From: the human T2T-CHM13v2.0 reference genome, Homo sapiens
Reading direction: 5' to 3' (one strand)
Assembly (NCBI RefSeq): GCF_009914755.1
Contig: NC_060929.1
DNA length: 64,000 bases
The notes below the pieces were generated by a model. It was not told the DNA's origin and searched no databases. It worked only from the letters and a program-made list of their open reading frames with translations. The first letter of the stretch is position 1; each line of letters opens with the position of its first letter. Below, one piece after another: positions 40,765-53,981 of the stretch. A program made the translations under genes and the position numbers.

Positions 40765-42602
40765 TACTAAATGAACATCTTTACTATCAACAGAATGCTT
40801 TTGAAAAAACAAAATAAGAAAATGGTACCAATTTGTGGCAATTGTTAAATAAAGGCTTTGATCTCAAGGGGAATATATACCTATACACATATATGCACAT
40901 ACCTACACAGATATTTAATATCACTGAGTAGAAAGTAAGAACCGTTTTCTGTTAGTTGCCATAGACAGGGTCAATTAGTTTCCCATTAAGGATTTGAACT
41001 GTATTGTTTTTTGCCTTTGACAATTGTATAGATTAAACTTGAATCGTAATCCCTAGCCAGCAATTCTAAGAGCTTAACCTAAAGGTAGATTCCATCTAAC
41101 TAAGATATTTGAGTAATATGAGGTTTGTTACAGGTGAAAAACACAAAAAGCAAATGGCTACCCTCTCAAATTTCGACAGTTTTGTTTTTCAACAAACCGT
41201 GGTAAAAATGCAGAACACGGAGGTGAAACAACTGGAACTCATATCAGCATAGATCAGCGTGTTGCAGAGACTGAGAAAATGCTATAAGCTCCCAGCTGGG
41301 AAAACTTGTAATTGCAACCAGCCAGAACATTGATATAGAGATAGCAAAATTACTAACGAGGGAAAAAGAAAATTTAGGAGACAAATAGAGGAAGTGTTTT
41401 CCTATGTATGACAAGAGCCCTAGTAAATATGACAAAATGCTCGTCAAGAGCAGAATGTTGAACTGGCGTGAAGAAAATATAAAATTGATTACTACAATGA
41501 CAAGCCACATAAAATGCCATAATAACAACACAGGAACTCATTTCAAATAAAAGTGAAATAAAAACACTCTCCCAAATTAAGGGGAAAAATGTGAACAAAC
41601 TAAACTTCTTGCTTTGGGCAATTCTGTAACCAGAAACTATCAAAGCAATCAAGACTAATGGTAACATTATCATAACAGAAGAATACATATGGCTCTAGGG
41701 ATTTCTTCAATATATACATCTATAGCCTCAGCGTGTAACATCAGGAAAGTAGCAATCTGGGAGCTAATACCCCATTACAGTAGAATTTGAAAAAAGCTAT
41801 CCCATAAATTCATTTCTAAGCCAAGAAGTATCTCTTCCTTGATTCAAGCATACCAAAATGCAGGGAGGCAGAAATATGCTTCAGTTATGTATTCAGAATT
41901 GCAACATTATACATATTGATATCAATTCAAAAATGTATCATTACAGCTGCTTATTATTAATGAAGTCTTGTGCTAAAGTCAGAGAATTGAAGGGATCAGG
42001 AAGACTCTGCGTCTTATTTGCAATGATTATCCCTGAAAAATTCTTCAGCTGCAACTGAATTGCAAGCACTATACGAATGATTGTTAAATGTCTCGTGAGC
42101 ACAAAGACTCATGTTGTCCTGTGAACTGCTGCCTCTAATCAATCAAATTCTGTTGGACAAGACTTCTCATGTTAGAAGGCAACCAGGGTACAGTTTATTA
42201 GCAGTGGATAAACAAGACCCTTAAAAATTACTAACAACAGATGTATAGAATAGTACTCACCTGTATCAGGTGAGATAGTTCTGGTTGGTGGATTGGTGTA
42301 GTTGCACCTGAGTTTCAAAGTTCCCCGTAATCCCCAAATCAACAAATTGGGCAGTAGCAAATTTGGTTTAATAACCAAAACTGTGTGGGATCTTGGCAGC
42401 TCTGTAGAGAGATGCTTCTGTGACTTAAATGGTGCTCCCTGATGTCTTCCCTTTTACACTGTTCCTCATCCTGGCATTCACCCACATTTCTCTTACACAC
42501 AGCACTTGTTTTGTTTGTTTTGTTTTGGTGAGGCTATTTTGTCCACCTTCCACAAGCATAAGAAAAGAGTCCGCTACAATGGATAGTAAGAATAGCTTGT
42601 TG

Positions 42603-42875
42603 GTGGGTACAAAAATTCAGTTAGTTAAAAGGAATAAGTTCTAGTGTTCAGTAGCACAATAGGGTGACTGTAGTTAATGATAATTTATCATATATTTCCA
42701 AATAATAAGAGTGTATTTGAAATGTTCCCAACACACAAAAAAAGACACGTTTGAGGTGATGAATATCCCAACTACCCAGATTTGATCATTACACATTGCA
42801 TGCTTGTTTCAGAATATCACATGTACCCCATAGATGTGTGCAGCTATTATGTATCCCTAATAATTAAAAATAAAA
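42603..42875 (+). mobile_element. 5'-truncated L1MA4/5-like 3'UTR
   Basis: GGAATAAGTTCTAGTGTTC...AGGGTGACT; perfect TSD AATAGCTTGTTG at 42591 and 42876. Confidence 0.9.
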
Positions 42876-43529
42876 AATAGCTTGTTGATATTTAAAAATA
42901 AAATTCTAAATATAACAAGTTTATCTACAGGGAGTTATTTATTGTTAGGATACAAAAAATGAGCCTACTATTGCTTATTATATATTTTTCTATACCAGTT
43001 AACTCTTTTTTTACCATGCCCATGTGTTCACTATTTAAGTAGATTATTTTAAAGTCACATTTAAGCATTCAAAATTTCTCAGCCTCATGAATTCATGTGA
43101 TCTAAAAATCTCTATTGTATAGAAACTCATAAAACTCAAACTCTTTTTTTTACAAAAGTCATAAATTAAGAATAAAAAAGCAAATAGAAAGTGAAATTTC
43201 TTATCAAAATAATTTTGTTAAATCAAAATACACATATTTGTACTAAAACGTTCTGGTTCTGCATGATGAAATACATTTTCATATCCTTCTGCTACTTAAC
43301 TTTTGGCTCTCCATCTCTACTCTAAAAGGAAGATAGTTAGATATTTATGGAACATAATATAGATGCTGCCGACTTTTTTTTCCCCAAATGTTCAATGCTT
43401 TTTTATTTCTTTTGGACTGTTATTTACTTCCATATATCACCATTTTCCCAAGCACAGAAGATGTAAGATATATATGCACGGCTAAACTCTGTCTTCCTCT
43501 TCTCCTATAATTTCATGCCTCCAGAAGAG

Positions 43530-43728
43530 CTCCAGAAGTAGCTGGGACTACAGGCGCATGCCACCACACCAGGCTAATTCTTTTTTTTTTTTTTTTTTTT
43601 TTGTATTTTTAGTAGAGACAGGGTTTCACCATGTTGGCCAGGATGGTCTCCATCTCCTGACCTCATGATCCGCCCATCTTGGCCTTCCAAAGTGCTGAGA
43701 TTAAAGGCATGAGCCACCGCACCCGGCT
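43530..43728 (-). mobile_element. AluSc-like, missing its 3' part and tail
   Basis: left monomer and linker intact; right monomer stops at AGTAGCTGGG. Confidence 0.9.
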
Positions 43729-44442
43729 AGTTATTTTCATCTTGATACACATATATATACATATATATATATAGTGTGTGTATATATATGATATATATAT
43801 CGTGCCAGTGTTTTGGTTTATTCTTTAGTTTCGCTCATGTGTCCTGATACTTTATTACAATCTTCTTCCTTCTTTCATCCACTTTAACTGTTTGTGTATT
43901 TTCATCTCCTGGATCCCAAAGGAAGATCCTAGGAAGTAGTAATGATAGCAAACCCTTAGAGACAGGCAGGAGATCTAGTCCCAATTTTGTTAAAGATGAG
44001 CAGTGCTCACTTCAAAAAGTTTAAATACGTGAGTCTCAGTTACTTATTCATAGACCAACTTGTGAGAATTAGAGATGCGTCACTCTATATAGAGAGGAGA
44101 GAGAAATGCATTATTTCAAAACGTCTGTGAAATGTAACAAAAACTGTGGATTAGGTTCAATGATATTTCAATGTATTAAAAAGTAATACTACACATAGAT
44201 ATTATCTGACTATAATGTAATTATGTTAGATTTTAATATAAAACAATAAACTAAGGAAAAATTTTTTAAACATCTCACTTGATAGCCTGGGTTAAGGAAG
44301 AAATCAAATGGTATTTTAAACTTATTTAGAATATAATGAAAATTCAAAAATATAAAAATTAATAAATTACGGGACATCTATAACTGCACTGGGAGAAATC
44401 TATAACTAAGGTACTCTCATAAACAAGCCAATTAAAAAGATA

Positions 44443-44761
<319 letters not shown>

Positions 44762-45829
44762 CTAGAAACATAATAATAAAATAAGTTTCAAATGAAAGAA
44801 ATACTTAGGAGTAATTTAATAATTCCTTCATCAGAAAACAATGAATGAGTAAATAGTATTTACAAATGACAATAGACAAACATATTTATAGAACAACTCA
44901 CCAACACAAAAAGAGATTTCCAAAGGGTGCAGATGTTTAAATACCAACACCTGGAGCACAACATCCTCTCTTAAGGCCCAGCCTTGCAAAAACTATAGCT
45001 TCTCCAAGGCATTTGGAGAAGTTCTGAACTTAGCATAGTCTGGATATGTAAGACAGGACAGCTTATTTGGGTCAAATGTACTCCATCGATCTCAGAGTAG
45101 ACAACCCAAAGTAAGACTTTATGGAATCGACAGTTCTTGAGTGAACAATGCTCTGATTTATCAACATTATACTATTGGAGAAAGCAGCCTGATCCAAGAA
45201 CATTCCTGAGGTTACCTCTGTGAAACCAGAACAACAATTATATCTGACATATCTCCAAGAGAATGCCAACAAACCCTACCAGAGAGCTATGGAGTTTATC
45301 CCACAAAATATATGCCTTGTGTATTGAAAAATGCATTTCAAAAGTATTTTTGGCATACTCAAATAAGAAGAAAGAGAATATACAAATCAAAAGTAAAAAA
45401 TTGGAAAACATAAGTTCAAAAACACCGAGAAAATATTTTTGCTCAACTGTTTAAAAAATTACAGAATATATAGTGTATTTAAATAATAAATTCATACTAG
45501 AAGATATATAGGACAACAAACAATGCATACATGCCCCTTCACCCACCCCTATTCACGTCCCTACTCCAAATTTAAGAATTTATTCCAATAAAATAATTAT
45601 GAGAATGTATAAAATAAATCAAAAGAACCATAGTGCCCACCTAGTACCATACATAATAGAGAATATACATATAAATTTCTACCATATGTATATGTGAATA
45701 TATATAATATGTACAATGACAATGTAAAAGAAGGCGACTCCACAGTGTTGTCCTCAGTGGAGGGAAGAAACCTTCCTGGTCTTTCAAGTTACCACAAAAT
45801 GTCCTGTCACAGATTACATTTTCTTTCAG

Positions 45830-46086
45830 ATCCTTTCAAGCAGTAAAGGTACTGTGTGGAGGCCAGGGGAACAGTGGAAAGTGGTTCATATTCATTGAAA
45901 TATTATGGGGTCCCTGGATATATGTCTGCCAGCCCATTGCTTCAAATAAATGGTGAGGAAGTCAACACATTCCTGAGTGCTTATGTGAGGGTAAACTCAA
46001 GGTCAGTCTCTCGACGTGTCTTCCTGGAGCTACTGCCCTTAAGAACCGCAGGCTTCAGGCCTACCTGAAGTATGTTCCTGCATATA
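45830..46086 (+). other. Candidate non-coding exon
   Basis: acceptor ACATTTTCTTTCAG and donor ATA|GTAAGT; stops in all three frames. Confidence 0.3.
46039..46077 (-). CDS. Candidate terminal coding exon (EHTSGRPEACGS*), unidentified gene
   Basis: acceptor TATATGCAG (weak pyrimidine tract); in phase with exon 46256-46331; minus-strand AATAAA at 45579-45584. Confidence 0.25.
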   Translation of the reverse strand, partial: EHTSGRPEACGS

Positions 46087-46255
46087 GTAAGTGTCCAATT
46101 TTTAGAGATACGTAATAAATGATGATGAATTCACACAATGAAATCCCTTGCCAATAAAAATATTATATTACAAAGTATTTTACAAAGCAAACAAATTTCA
46201 ACAAGATGTAACTATAGTTTCGATATATTTTTGCAAATCAACAGGCATGGATTAC

Positions 46256-46331
46256 CTCCTTAAAGTCTAAAGAAATAGTCTTCTGGTTCGCCGTTACGTA
46301 AATTGCATCTGTCAGCTCTAATTCCATCCAC
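46256..46331 (-). CDS. Candidate internal coding exon (xWMELELTDAIYVTANQKTISLDFKE), unidentified gene
   Basis: TTTTTTTGAAAG acceptor, GAG|GTAATC donor; 76 nt with exactly one open frame (phase 2 to 0); three CpGs retained. Confidence 0.4.
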
Positions 46332-46789
46332 CTTTCAAAAAAATCATTCCCAACTATGCTAAGAATTTATTAATGAGTCCCAGATTTGGTAATCTGGTCA
46401 AATTTTGGATAAGTGACTATTTTTATCCGTATCATTTTACTTTTCACTTTATTTTCAGAAAGCATAATAAAGATTAGAGTTTAATCTTTGTAGTTTAATT
46501 TACACTATAATAATTCATCTTGTATCAGTGAGGTCAGTGCCTTTTGCCAAAAGGAAATTGCACTATTTGATACTTCGTACTTGATATGAACACACTCTTA
46601 TTCATCTGACCAGGTAGATTTTTGAGGAAAAAGTTCTGCAATTTTCATCATTTTCTACATTTGCTTTAGACACTAATAGGAACTTTCCCAGATTTTGTAA
46701 GTTTTCCAAAGAAAGTTTTGTTAAATATAGAAACTAAAATAAATGGGTGCTTTTTGATATAGTTTTAATAATTACTAACCTAGTTAATA

Positions 46790-47130
46790 CAAAATTACAT
46801 TAAACACCTATTAAATTTAAGATTCTTGTGTTTCATATTATGGGTGATACAGTGTGATATTTATCCTCAAGGAGCTTAGAGTCTAGTCGAATTGAGGAGA
46901 GGTACATCTCTATAATACAAAGCAGGGTGTGCTAAGTATTTTGAGAGCTTTTCAAATTGCTGTTACAGCAGTCTATGCCCTTTACCAATTACTTTCAGCT
47001 GGGAGGATTAGGGAATTCTTAAGGAAAAAGGAATCCTAAGACTTGAAAACTAAGCATGCATTGAGCAAGTGAAAATAAGGGAAAGGTACTTTACTCTGGG
47101 GCAGAGAAAAGATACCACGTCAAAGAGGGT
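46790..47130 (-). mobile_element. L2 fragment
   Basis: ATCCTCAAGGAGCTTAGAGTCTAGT...TATAATACAAAGCAG. Confidence 0.6.
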
Positions 47131-47361
47131 TTAATGGGTGGTTCAGGAGCAGAAATGATGTATATGATGTGAAAGAGTAGGGGACAGAAGGATTTCTGGC
47201 AAGGTTAAAAATGTAAGTTGACATATGATTAAAAGAAAGCTATCTCTCATTTAGTCTTGCAAAATTGTTACAGGAAACACTTGGTATCTCATTCCTTCCT
47301 ATTACTTAAAGTGAATTGCATTGGAGAATTTTCCAGGAAGAGGCTTCACTGCTCTCTTTAG

Positions 47362-47455
47362 GGTTTTATTGTCTTGGTCATCTACTGAGAAATACACCCC
47401 AACTAAAAAACATTAAAACAAAATTCTCAACTATATACTGAAGACTTCTGATTAG
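47362..47455 (+). other. Candidate exon
   Basis: CTGCTCTCTTTAG acceptor; TAG|GTAAGT donor; 94 nt. Confidence 0.3.
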
Positions 47456-49055
47456 GTAAGTAATTCCTACTAGCTGATTTTAAAATCACTATTTACCAAC
47501 TTTCTTCAGATTGGATCTGATGAAAGTTTGCCTGGTATAGAATTCAGAACTTCACATCATACAGTATTTTATTTAGTAATTCCTTTTCTGCAAACAAACT
47601 AGCAGAACCAAATACTACTTTGGTTGTTGCACCATTACCATTACTGGAGGTGTATCGCATTATTTCATTAATATGGCAGAACAGGGGACTGCTTCTCCAT
47701 TTTCAGAGTCATAGAGGCCAAGATTTCCAAATTAGTAGCTCTTTGCTAACACTTCTGATCCACCTGAATTTAACTGTATTTTCCTTTAGAAGTATTGGAA
47801 ATGCTTCAGGTCTCATTACCTCATCATCTGTCCTCCTAACCCCATAAAATAATGAAAAGCAAAACAGCTTTTCATAGGCCTTCATTGTAATTGATTCTCC
47901 GGGGTATCTTTGCACTGCTCCATTAAAACGGTGTTGTTGTTATGATGATATTTCTCAGCAGGGGTGTTCTAAATAACTGATTAATATGCAAAGCGGTAAG
48001 AATGTAACTTTTGCTGTTAAATTGGCCAATGCCTAGGATCTCTAGGCCGCTGAAACAAAACAGAATAAAATGTTCCAGGCATTCTTTCTGACAGAAGTGT
48101 CTAAAATGCCAAGGAACCAGGTAGCTAAAATGTAAAATATATTCATCACAGCATTGTGTGGTACAATGTATCAGTACATTTATCACTTTTGAATTCTTTA
48201 TGCCACTGTGTGTGGAGGGTCTGCGGGGGTTACACCAATAAGTTTTATAATTTAAGGCAAAACCCCTGAATGTTATGTTACTTCTTTCAAGTGAAGGTTA
48301 AAATATTTCTATAATGAATCTATTTTATACAGTGATTTTATTTATAGAGCCCCTTTATATCTTGCTAGGCATATTAAGTATTAGAGTGTGTTTTCAAATT
48401 TCTTCTTAAGGTCCTATTTATATTTAAAAAAAGGAAAAGAAAAATAGAAACCAGATGGTTTTGTTATTGTCCTGCTTCACAAAACACAATCAAACAAAAC
48501 TATTGCGACAAACAGAATTAAAGAAAAAGTGCATAATATCAACCTTCCCAACCCATATGTTCCAGATACCCGAGTTTTGCCAGAGGTTTCAAACAATATA
48601 GCAACTCCAAGAAAACGCTTTTAGGAGGGAAGCCAACAAGCCCCCCACCCCTAGTGGCTATGGCACAGGCTCACAAGCCCTGTCCTGAATTCTTCACATA
48701 TGCTTTCTGGTTTGCTCAGTGAACAGCACCAAATCACTGGAGATTTTATGCCCAGTGACTTCTCACCAGGCAGATTCTAATTTGGCAATAATTCTAGGGT
48801 CCTCCTGGTGAGAAAGCTGCTTCTGGCAGGAGCTGCCTCACTGATGGAGGGGAGGTGTTTCCGCCCATGGCTTTGTTCTCTTTAAACCAGGCCTGAGATC
48901 ACATCTGCTCCTAGGGCTCCCAGCCTAAGGGGACCTCTGAGAGAAGAATCACCACAGAGAACTCTGTATTTTCTGGTGAAATGCCATCCTCTTCCCTATG
49001 TCAGAATGAATGCTCCTCATTGCCTAATGACCTTGGCAGTTTTTTTTTCTAGCAG

Positions 49056-49106
49056 GAAATTTTACCTGAGATATATAAAGCGTCATTGTATGTAGGAGAA
49101 AGCAGT
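49056..49106 (+). other. Candidate 51-nt exon (open frame EILPEIYKASLYVGESS)
   Basis: CTAAT branch-like motif at ~49024, T-tract, TAGCAG acceptor, AGT|GTAAGT donor. Confidence 0.3.
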
Positions 49107-49990
49107 GTAAGTTAGACTGTGGAACCTCATGCCACGTAGAAGTGACAGGAAGGTATGAAGACATGCTTTCCTTGGGGTCATGTGGCTACAAAATTACCAG
49201 CTAGATGAGGTGTTTAAGAAATAAAAGACAATATTGACAGAAAAAAATAAAAGAAACATAAATAAAAAAACACTTGCCCTATCTGTGGAAACAAAACAAA
49301 ACTTGTCGTCTTCATGAGGAAGTATTATAGTCATAAAAAATATGCTTGAGTAAACAATGAGACTTGGAATGTGTGGTGTTGTTTCTTATGAGTGCTGTCA
49401 GTTCTTCTGATACTGATTTCTACCAAAGTACCTTCTATATCTGTAAACTTTGAACACTTAAGAAAATTCTGGCTCAGAAATTTCTGGCTTATATGAATGA
49501 AAATATTTTAAAAGTAACATCTTTTTAAAAGTCAAATCAGTCCATACTTTTTAGCAATGTCCCAACAGGGAAAATGAAAAAGAAGAGGCCCATTTATTTG
49601 CACACTATTAAGATAAATAGATATCTCCCGCAGCTGGTACCACACAGTATTGCTAATCAAGTCAATGCAAATGTTTCCAATTCTTCATTTATAGTTTTAC
49701 GTGAGATAAGTAAATATTCCTTCCATTTCACTTCATTAAAAACACTTTGAATTTCCACAATAGCAAGTACTGAAGCTAAGCCTTTCCATGGAGACCTCTG
49801 CATGAATTAGTAACCACTTGAAACATATTCTTTTCAAAGAAAGATACAATAATTTATGTCATCTCTTTGTATGGTTCATTTAAATAGTTTTGTATGTATG
49901 TGAAAGAGAGATAGAAATATTTCTGAGAGAAATGGCAGACAAAGGATGCTCTGAGTAGTGTGTGTGTGCTGCCTATGGCTATTTTATAAG

Positions 49991-50087
49991 GAAATCTACC
50001 AGCTCTCAATAATGCGAAAATCTTCTTGAGAGGCGCCGTGGCACAGCAAGTCACTGAACCAGAGAAATTCAATTTGCCTACTGTAAA
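49991..50087 (+). other. Candidate 97-nt exon
   Basis: TATTTTATAAG acceptor, AAA|GTATGT donor; CpGs retained; one open frame NLPALNNAKIFLRGAVAQQVTEPEKFNLPTV. Confidence 0.25.
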
Positions 50088-52045
50088 GTATGTTTTGTCT
50101 CTCTCAGAAAGCTCTAATTCAATCCAAAATTACTTTCTAGAAACACTCATTCTGGCAAAGGAAGGGTGTCCAGGGTCTGGAATAGGACAGACTACACTGG
50201 GCTAAAACTGTCAAAAAGCATTCAGTGCTGCTTCTCAATCCTGAGACACGGACCACAGACCAACCCAGAGGTCACTGATCTCTCCATGTTGGAAATCTGT
50301 GTATATTTGTGATTGAATAACCTTTAGGTAACTTTTATTTTTCATCTATATTTACTCTAACAATGCCAAGGGAGAAATGGGAAACAGACAATAGATGGTT
50401 AGATTAAAAATATATGGATGGGTAAGGAAATACATCTCTACTTGAATTCTATGAATCGTAAGTTATTTGCAGATAGCTTCTTTGAATATGCCTAGAGAGG
50501 TTTGCAATACTATTCTAATATATCTTTGTGGCTAACCATTGACTATATAAAGTAATGGTTCATATGAGCCAACTCCAAACTTAACCCATTTTCCTTCTAA
50601 ATTACATAGTTAAGTTTATGTTATCAAAACTTGGCAGATTTTGTCAAACATCATTTATTTCCTCTGCTTTTTTTAGAAATCATGATAGTATCTTGCCTAC
50701 AGTACTATTATTAATCATGCTGTCTATGATATGAATTAGAAGATCTTCATAATAATTTTTCAGTCATTATTATTAAATATCTCTCATGCTTCCTGAAAAA
50801 AACTCATTTTAATCTGATTATTGAGTTCTATATCCAAAGCTATAAGTGATAAGAATCTTAAAATAATCTAATGAGTATATAAGAATATAAAAAATAAGGG
50901 TTTGGCAAATATCTGTAGCACTTTGGTAAACTTTGTTTTTTAAACTAAGATTGATTTTACATTTCAATATTTGTAGCTAAATGTAAAAAATAGTTAAATA
51001 ATTACCTTTAAGTGTTTATTAATCAAATTCAACAAGATTATAGTTGTTATGGTGGTTCATAAAGCATATAAAAGAATCCCCTGGAAATATATTCAAGTTT
51101 CTACATCAATTTAAAAAATAATTAATACATAAATTTGAAGAAATAAAAAATTAAAATAAAAGAATCCCCTGGACATCTTCTTTAAAAAATGAGCTATGTG
51201 AGACCTACCCTTGAAGATTCAAGTTTACCCTATTATACCATTATTTTAGCAAGTTATTCAGTGACTATAATGCCGGTGATTATTTTAGTAAAATTGGAGG
51301 AAGAAAAATCACTGCCATGCAAGCATCTTCTAAAACCTACCTGCGAACTTGTAAGCCTGAAATATATGTGTTATGATAACATTTTAGTAAGCTTCATATC
51401 TTTTTATGTTATTTGAAATATTTTATAATTTATTTTTGGGGAGGTAAGACTAGTCATCTAAGAAAAAGGATAAGCTTTAAAAAACCTCTATTCTTAAAAT
51501 GCAGCATTTATTTGTTTAAATGTTTACCTTATTAGTAGGGTTAATTCATTTGCCTACTCAGTAGGGAAACTTTAGACTATAGTACTATATAGATGATTTA
51601 TAGAGACTTGGCTGCATGATTCATTTCTCTACAACCAAAATCTCAAAATAATCAATAATTTTGATCTGTCATTGGTATATAATATATTATGGTGATCAGA
51701 GGGAAAAACATGATCTTACTTTCAATTTCATGCAGCATGAAACTATCAAGTATTCCAGATTTTTTTTTAACATAAGCAGTCATCTTTATTTTGTTCAGCT
51801 AACAAGTAAAATAATTTTTCAATTTTAACTTATTCTAAAAATGTAAAGGAAGTATATGTGTTGGGAAAGTATTACCCCTACTGTGTGTCCTTTCTTAATC
51901 AAAATCTGACAAATAAGTCCATTAGTACTCCTTGATTTTTTGTTGAAATTAATTACTACTTTAAGTTTTTCCCATAGTGGAGAACATATGAAAATCAATA
52001 AAGCTATTTAGGCTCTCTGGTATCTCATTGAGTATTATAAAATGA

Positions 52046-52366
<321 letters not shown>

Positions 52367-53036
52367 AGATACTAATATCTTTCAAGATTTAGAAAAGAGT
52401 ATTTTAGTTAAATAAATAGTTCAGAAGTATGAAACAATATGATAAAATATACCTAACATTCATGGCTTTTTGCCGAGGGACAGCAGAATCAGCCAAATAG
52501 AGGAAGGTATACTATGTAGCTCATGAAAATTCAACTTCTTGGCCTCTTTCTTTCATGAATCTCAAGTCTCCATTTCTCTCATTCTAAATAAATATTGTTC
52601 CCTGTTGAATTCTATAGTCTTAATTTTGTCTCCTTCTTCTTAAAGAGGGTTGCCAAATATATGAATTTCAGGCCTGCAAAACTTGAATCTATCCTTTTAT
52701 GTCAATGCTTGTAGTTAAGAGAAAAGAAGAAACAAAGTTCTTATACCTTCTGTCTCCATTTAAATAGCTCTTATTCTATAGAAGCTATTAAAACTTTTCT
52801 TTTTATAAAATAGAAAGCAACTATGTGTATGCATTCAGTCGAACTACAAGAGGAAGAAAAGTTCCTTAAAGAAGGGTTGAATTGGTTATCTTAATCATGT
52901 GCCACCTTTTCAGCATGCAAAGCTGAGGTTATAATTGCTGATACCGGTTAAAGAAGGGGGCTACTGTCTTGGCTGATGTCATGTTAGCCAACTGGCCATA
53001 GGATGCTCATCTCTGTGGGTATTCTACCTATTTACT

Positions 53037-53342
53037 CTTTTTTTTTTTTTTTTTTTTTGAGACAGAGTCTTGCTCTGTCACCTAAGCTGGAGTGCAGTGG
53101 CACAATCTTGGCTCACTGCCACCTCTTTCTCCTGGGTTTAAGCGATTCTCCCTGCCTCAGCCTCCTGAGTAGCTTCGATTACAGGCACCTGCCACCACGC
53201 CTTGCTAATTTTTGTATTTTTAGTAGAGACAGGGTTTCAGCATGTTGACCAGACTGGTCCCAAACTCCTGACCTCAGGTGATTCGCTCACCTCAGCCTCC
53301 CCAAGTGCTAGGATTACAGGCGTGAGCCACCATTCCCAACCC
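53037..53342 (-). mobile_element. AluSx-like
   Basis: full dimer; TSD T(A/G)TTCT(A/G)CCTATTTACT. Confidence 0.95.
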
Positions 53343-53418
53343 TGTTCTGCCTATTTACTTCTTCAAGCTCCATGATAGCCATTCTGAGTTGTCATGTTGT
53401 ATCCATTTTTTTTTTCAC

Positions 53419-53981
53419 TGTAGAAGACCAGCATATGCCACCCCAAAGTAAGCCATTTTGGCATAAGGATTATTTTGAGCTGAAGATATTTGCGATTTAC
53501 CAGATGGCAGAAAGAAGCCTTTCTTGGAGCTTCCCTTAACTGACTAAAAGCAGAAACTTCTGAGAAATGTGGACTACCATAAATCCCATCTCCCAGGGAA
53601 GTTTTATGGCCATGAAGAAGATGGGAAGTGAGTGCTGAGATGGATTTAAATAAACCTTACTCTATTACTTATATTTATATACCTTCCCACAGTTCACCAT
53701 CCTTGGGAGCTTAAACCTCTTTCCTTTGTCTGGTCATGTTTCTACAAAGTCATAGCTTTTGTTAAGATAATATATTAGCCCAAGTTCTAACCATAACTTT
53801 GAGTTACTCATCACTGATTTTTTTTCCATGTGTACGCACCACATGTGTTAATAAACTCTGTTTTGTTTTGTTTTTTTTCTCTATTGTTAATCTGCATTTT
53901 GTCAGTCTATTTCACAGGACCCCAGTCAGGGAACCTACCTGGGCAAGTAGATGAAAAGGTTTTGTTTCCCCCTTTCCTACA
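53419..53981 (+). mobile_element. MER34-family solo ERV1 LTR
   Basis: TGTAG...ATATGCCACCCCAAA...TTGGCATAAGGATTATTTTGAGCTG; AATAAA; ends CCTACA. Confidence 0.8.

Noticed and set aside
41244-41688. Hydrophobic minus-strand ORFs as membrane proteins
   Set aside because: T-rich strand bias explains the hydrophobicity, and no family is recognisable.
45072-45272. 66-aa minus-strand ORF
   Set aside because: No recognisable homology and no convincing splice or start context.
52480-52695. Possible ancient hAT-Tip100-like MITE
   Set aside because: Only the 3' terminus looks familiar, and the family cannot be supported without a search.
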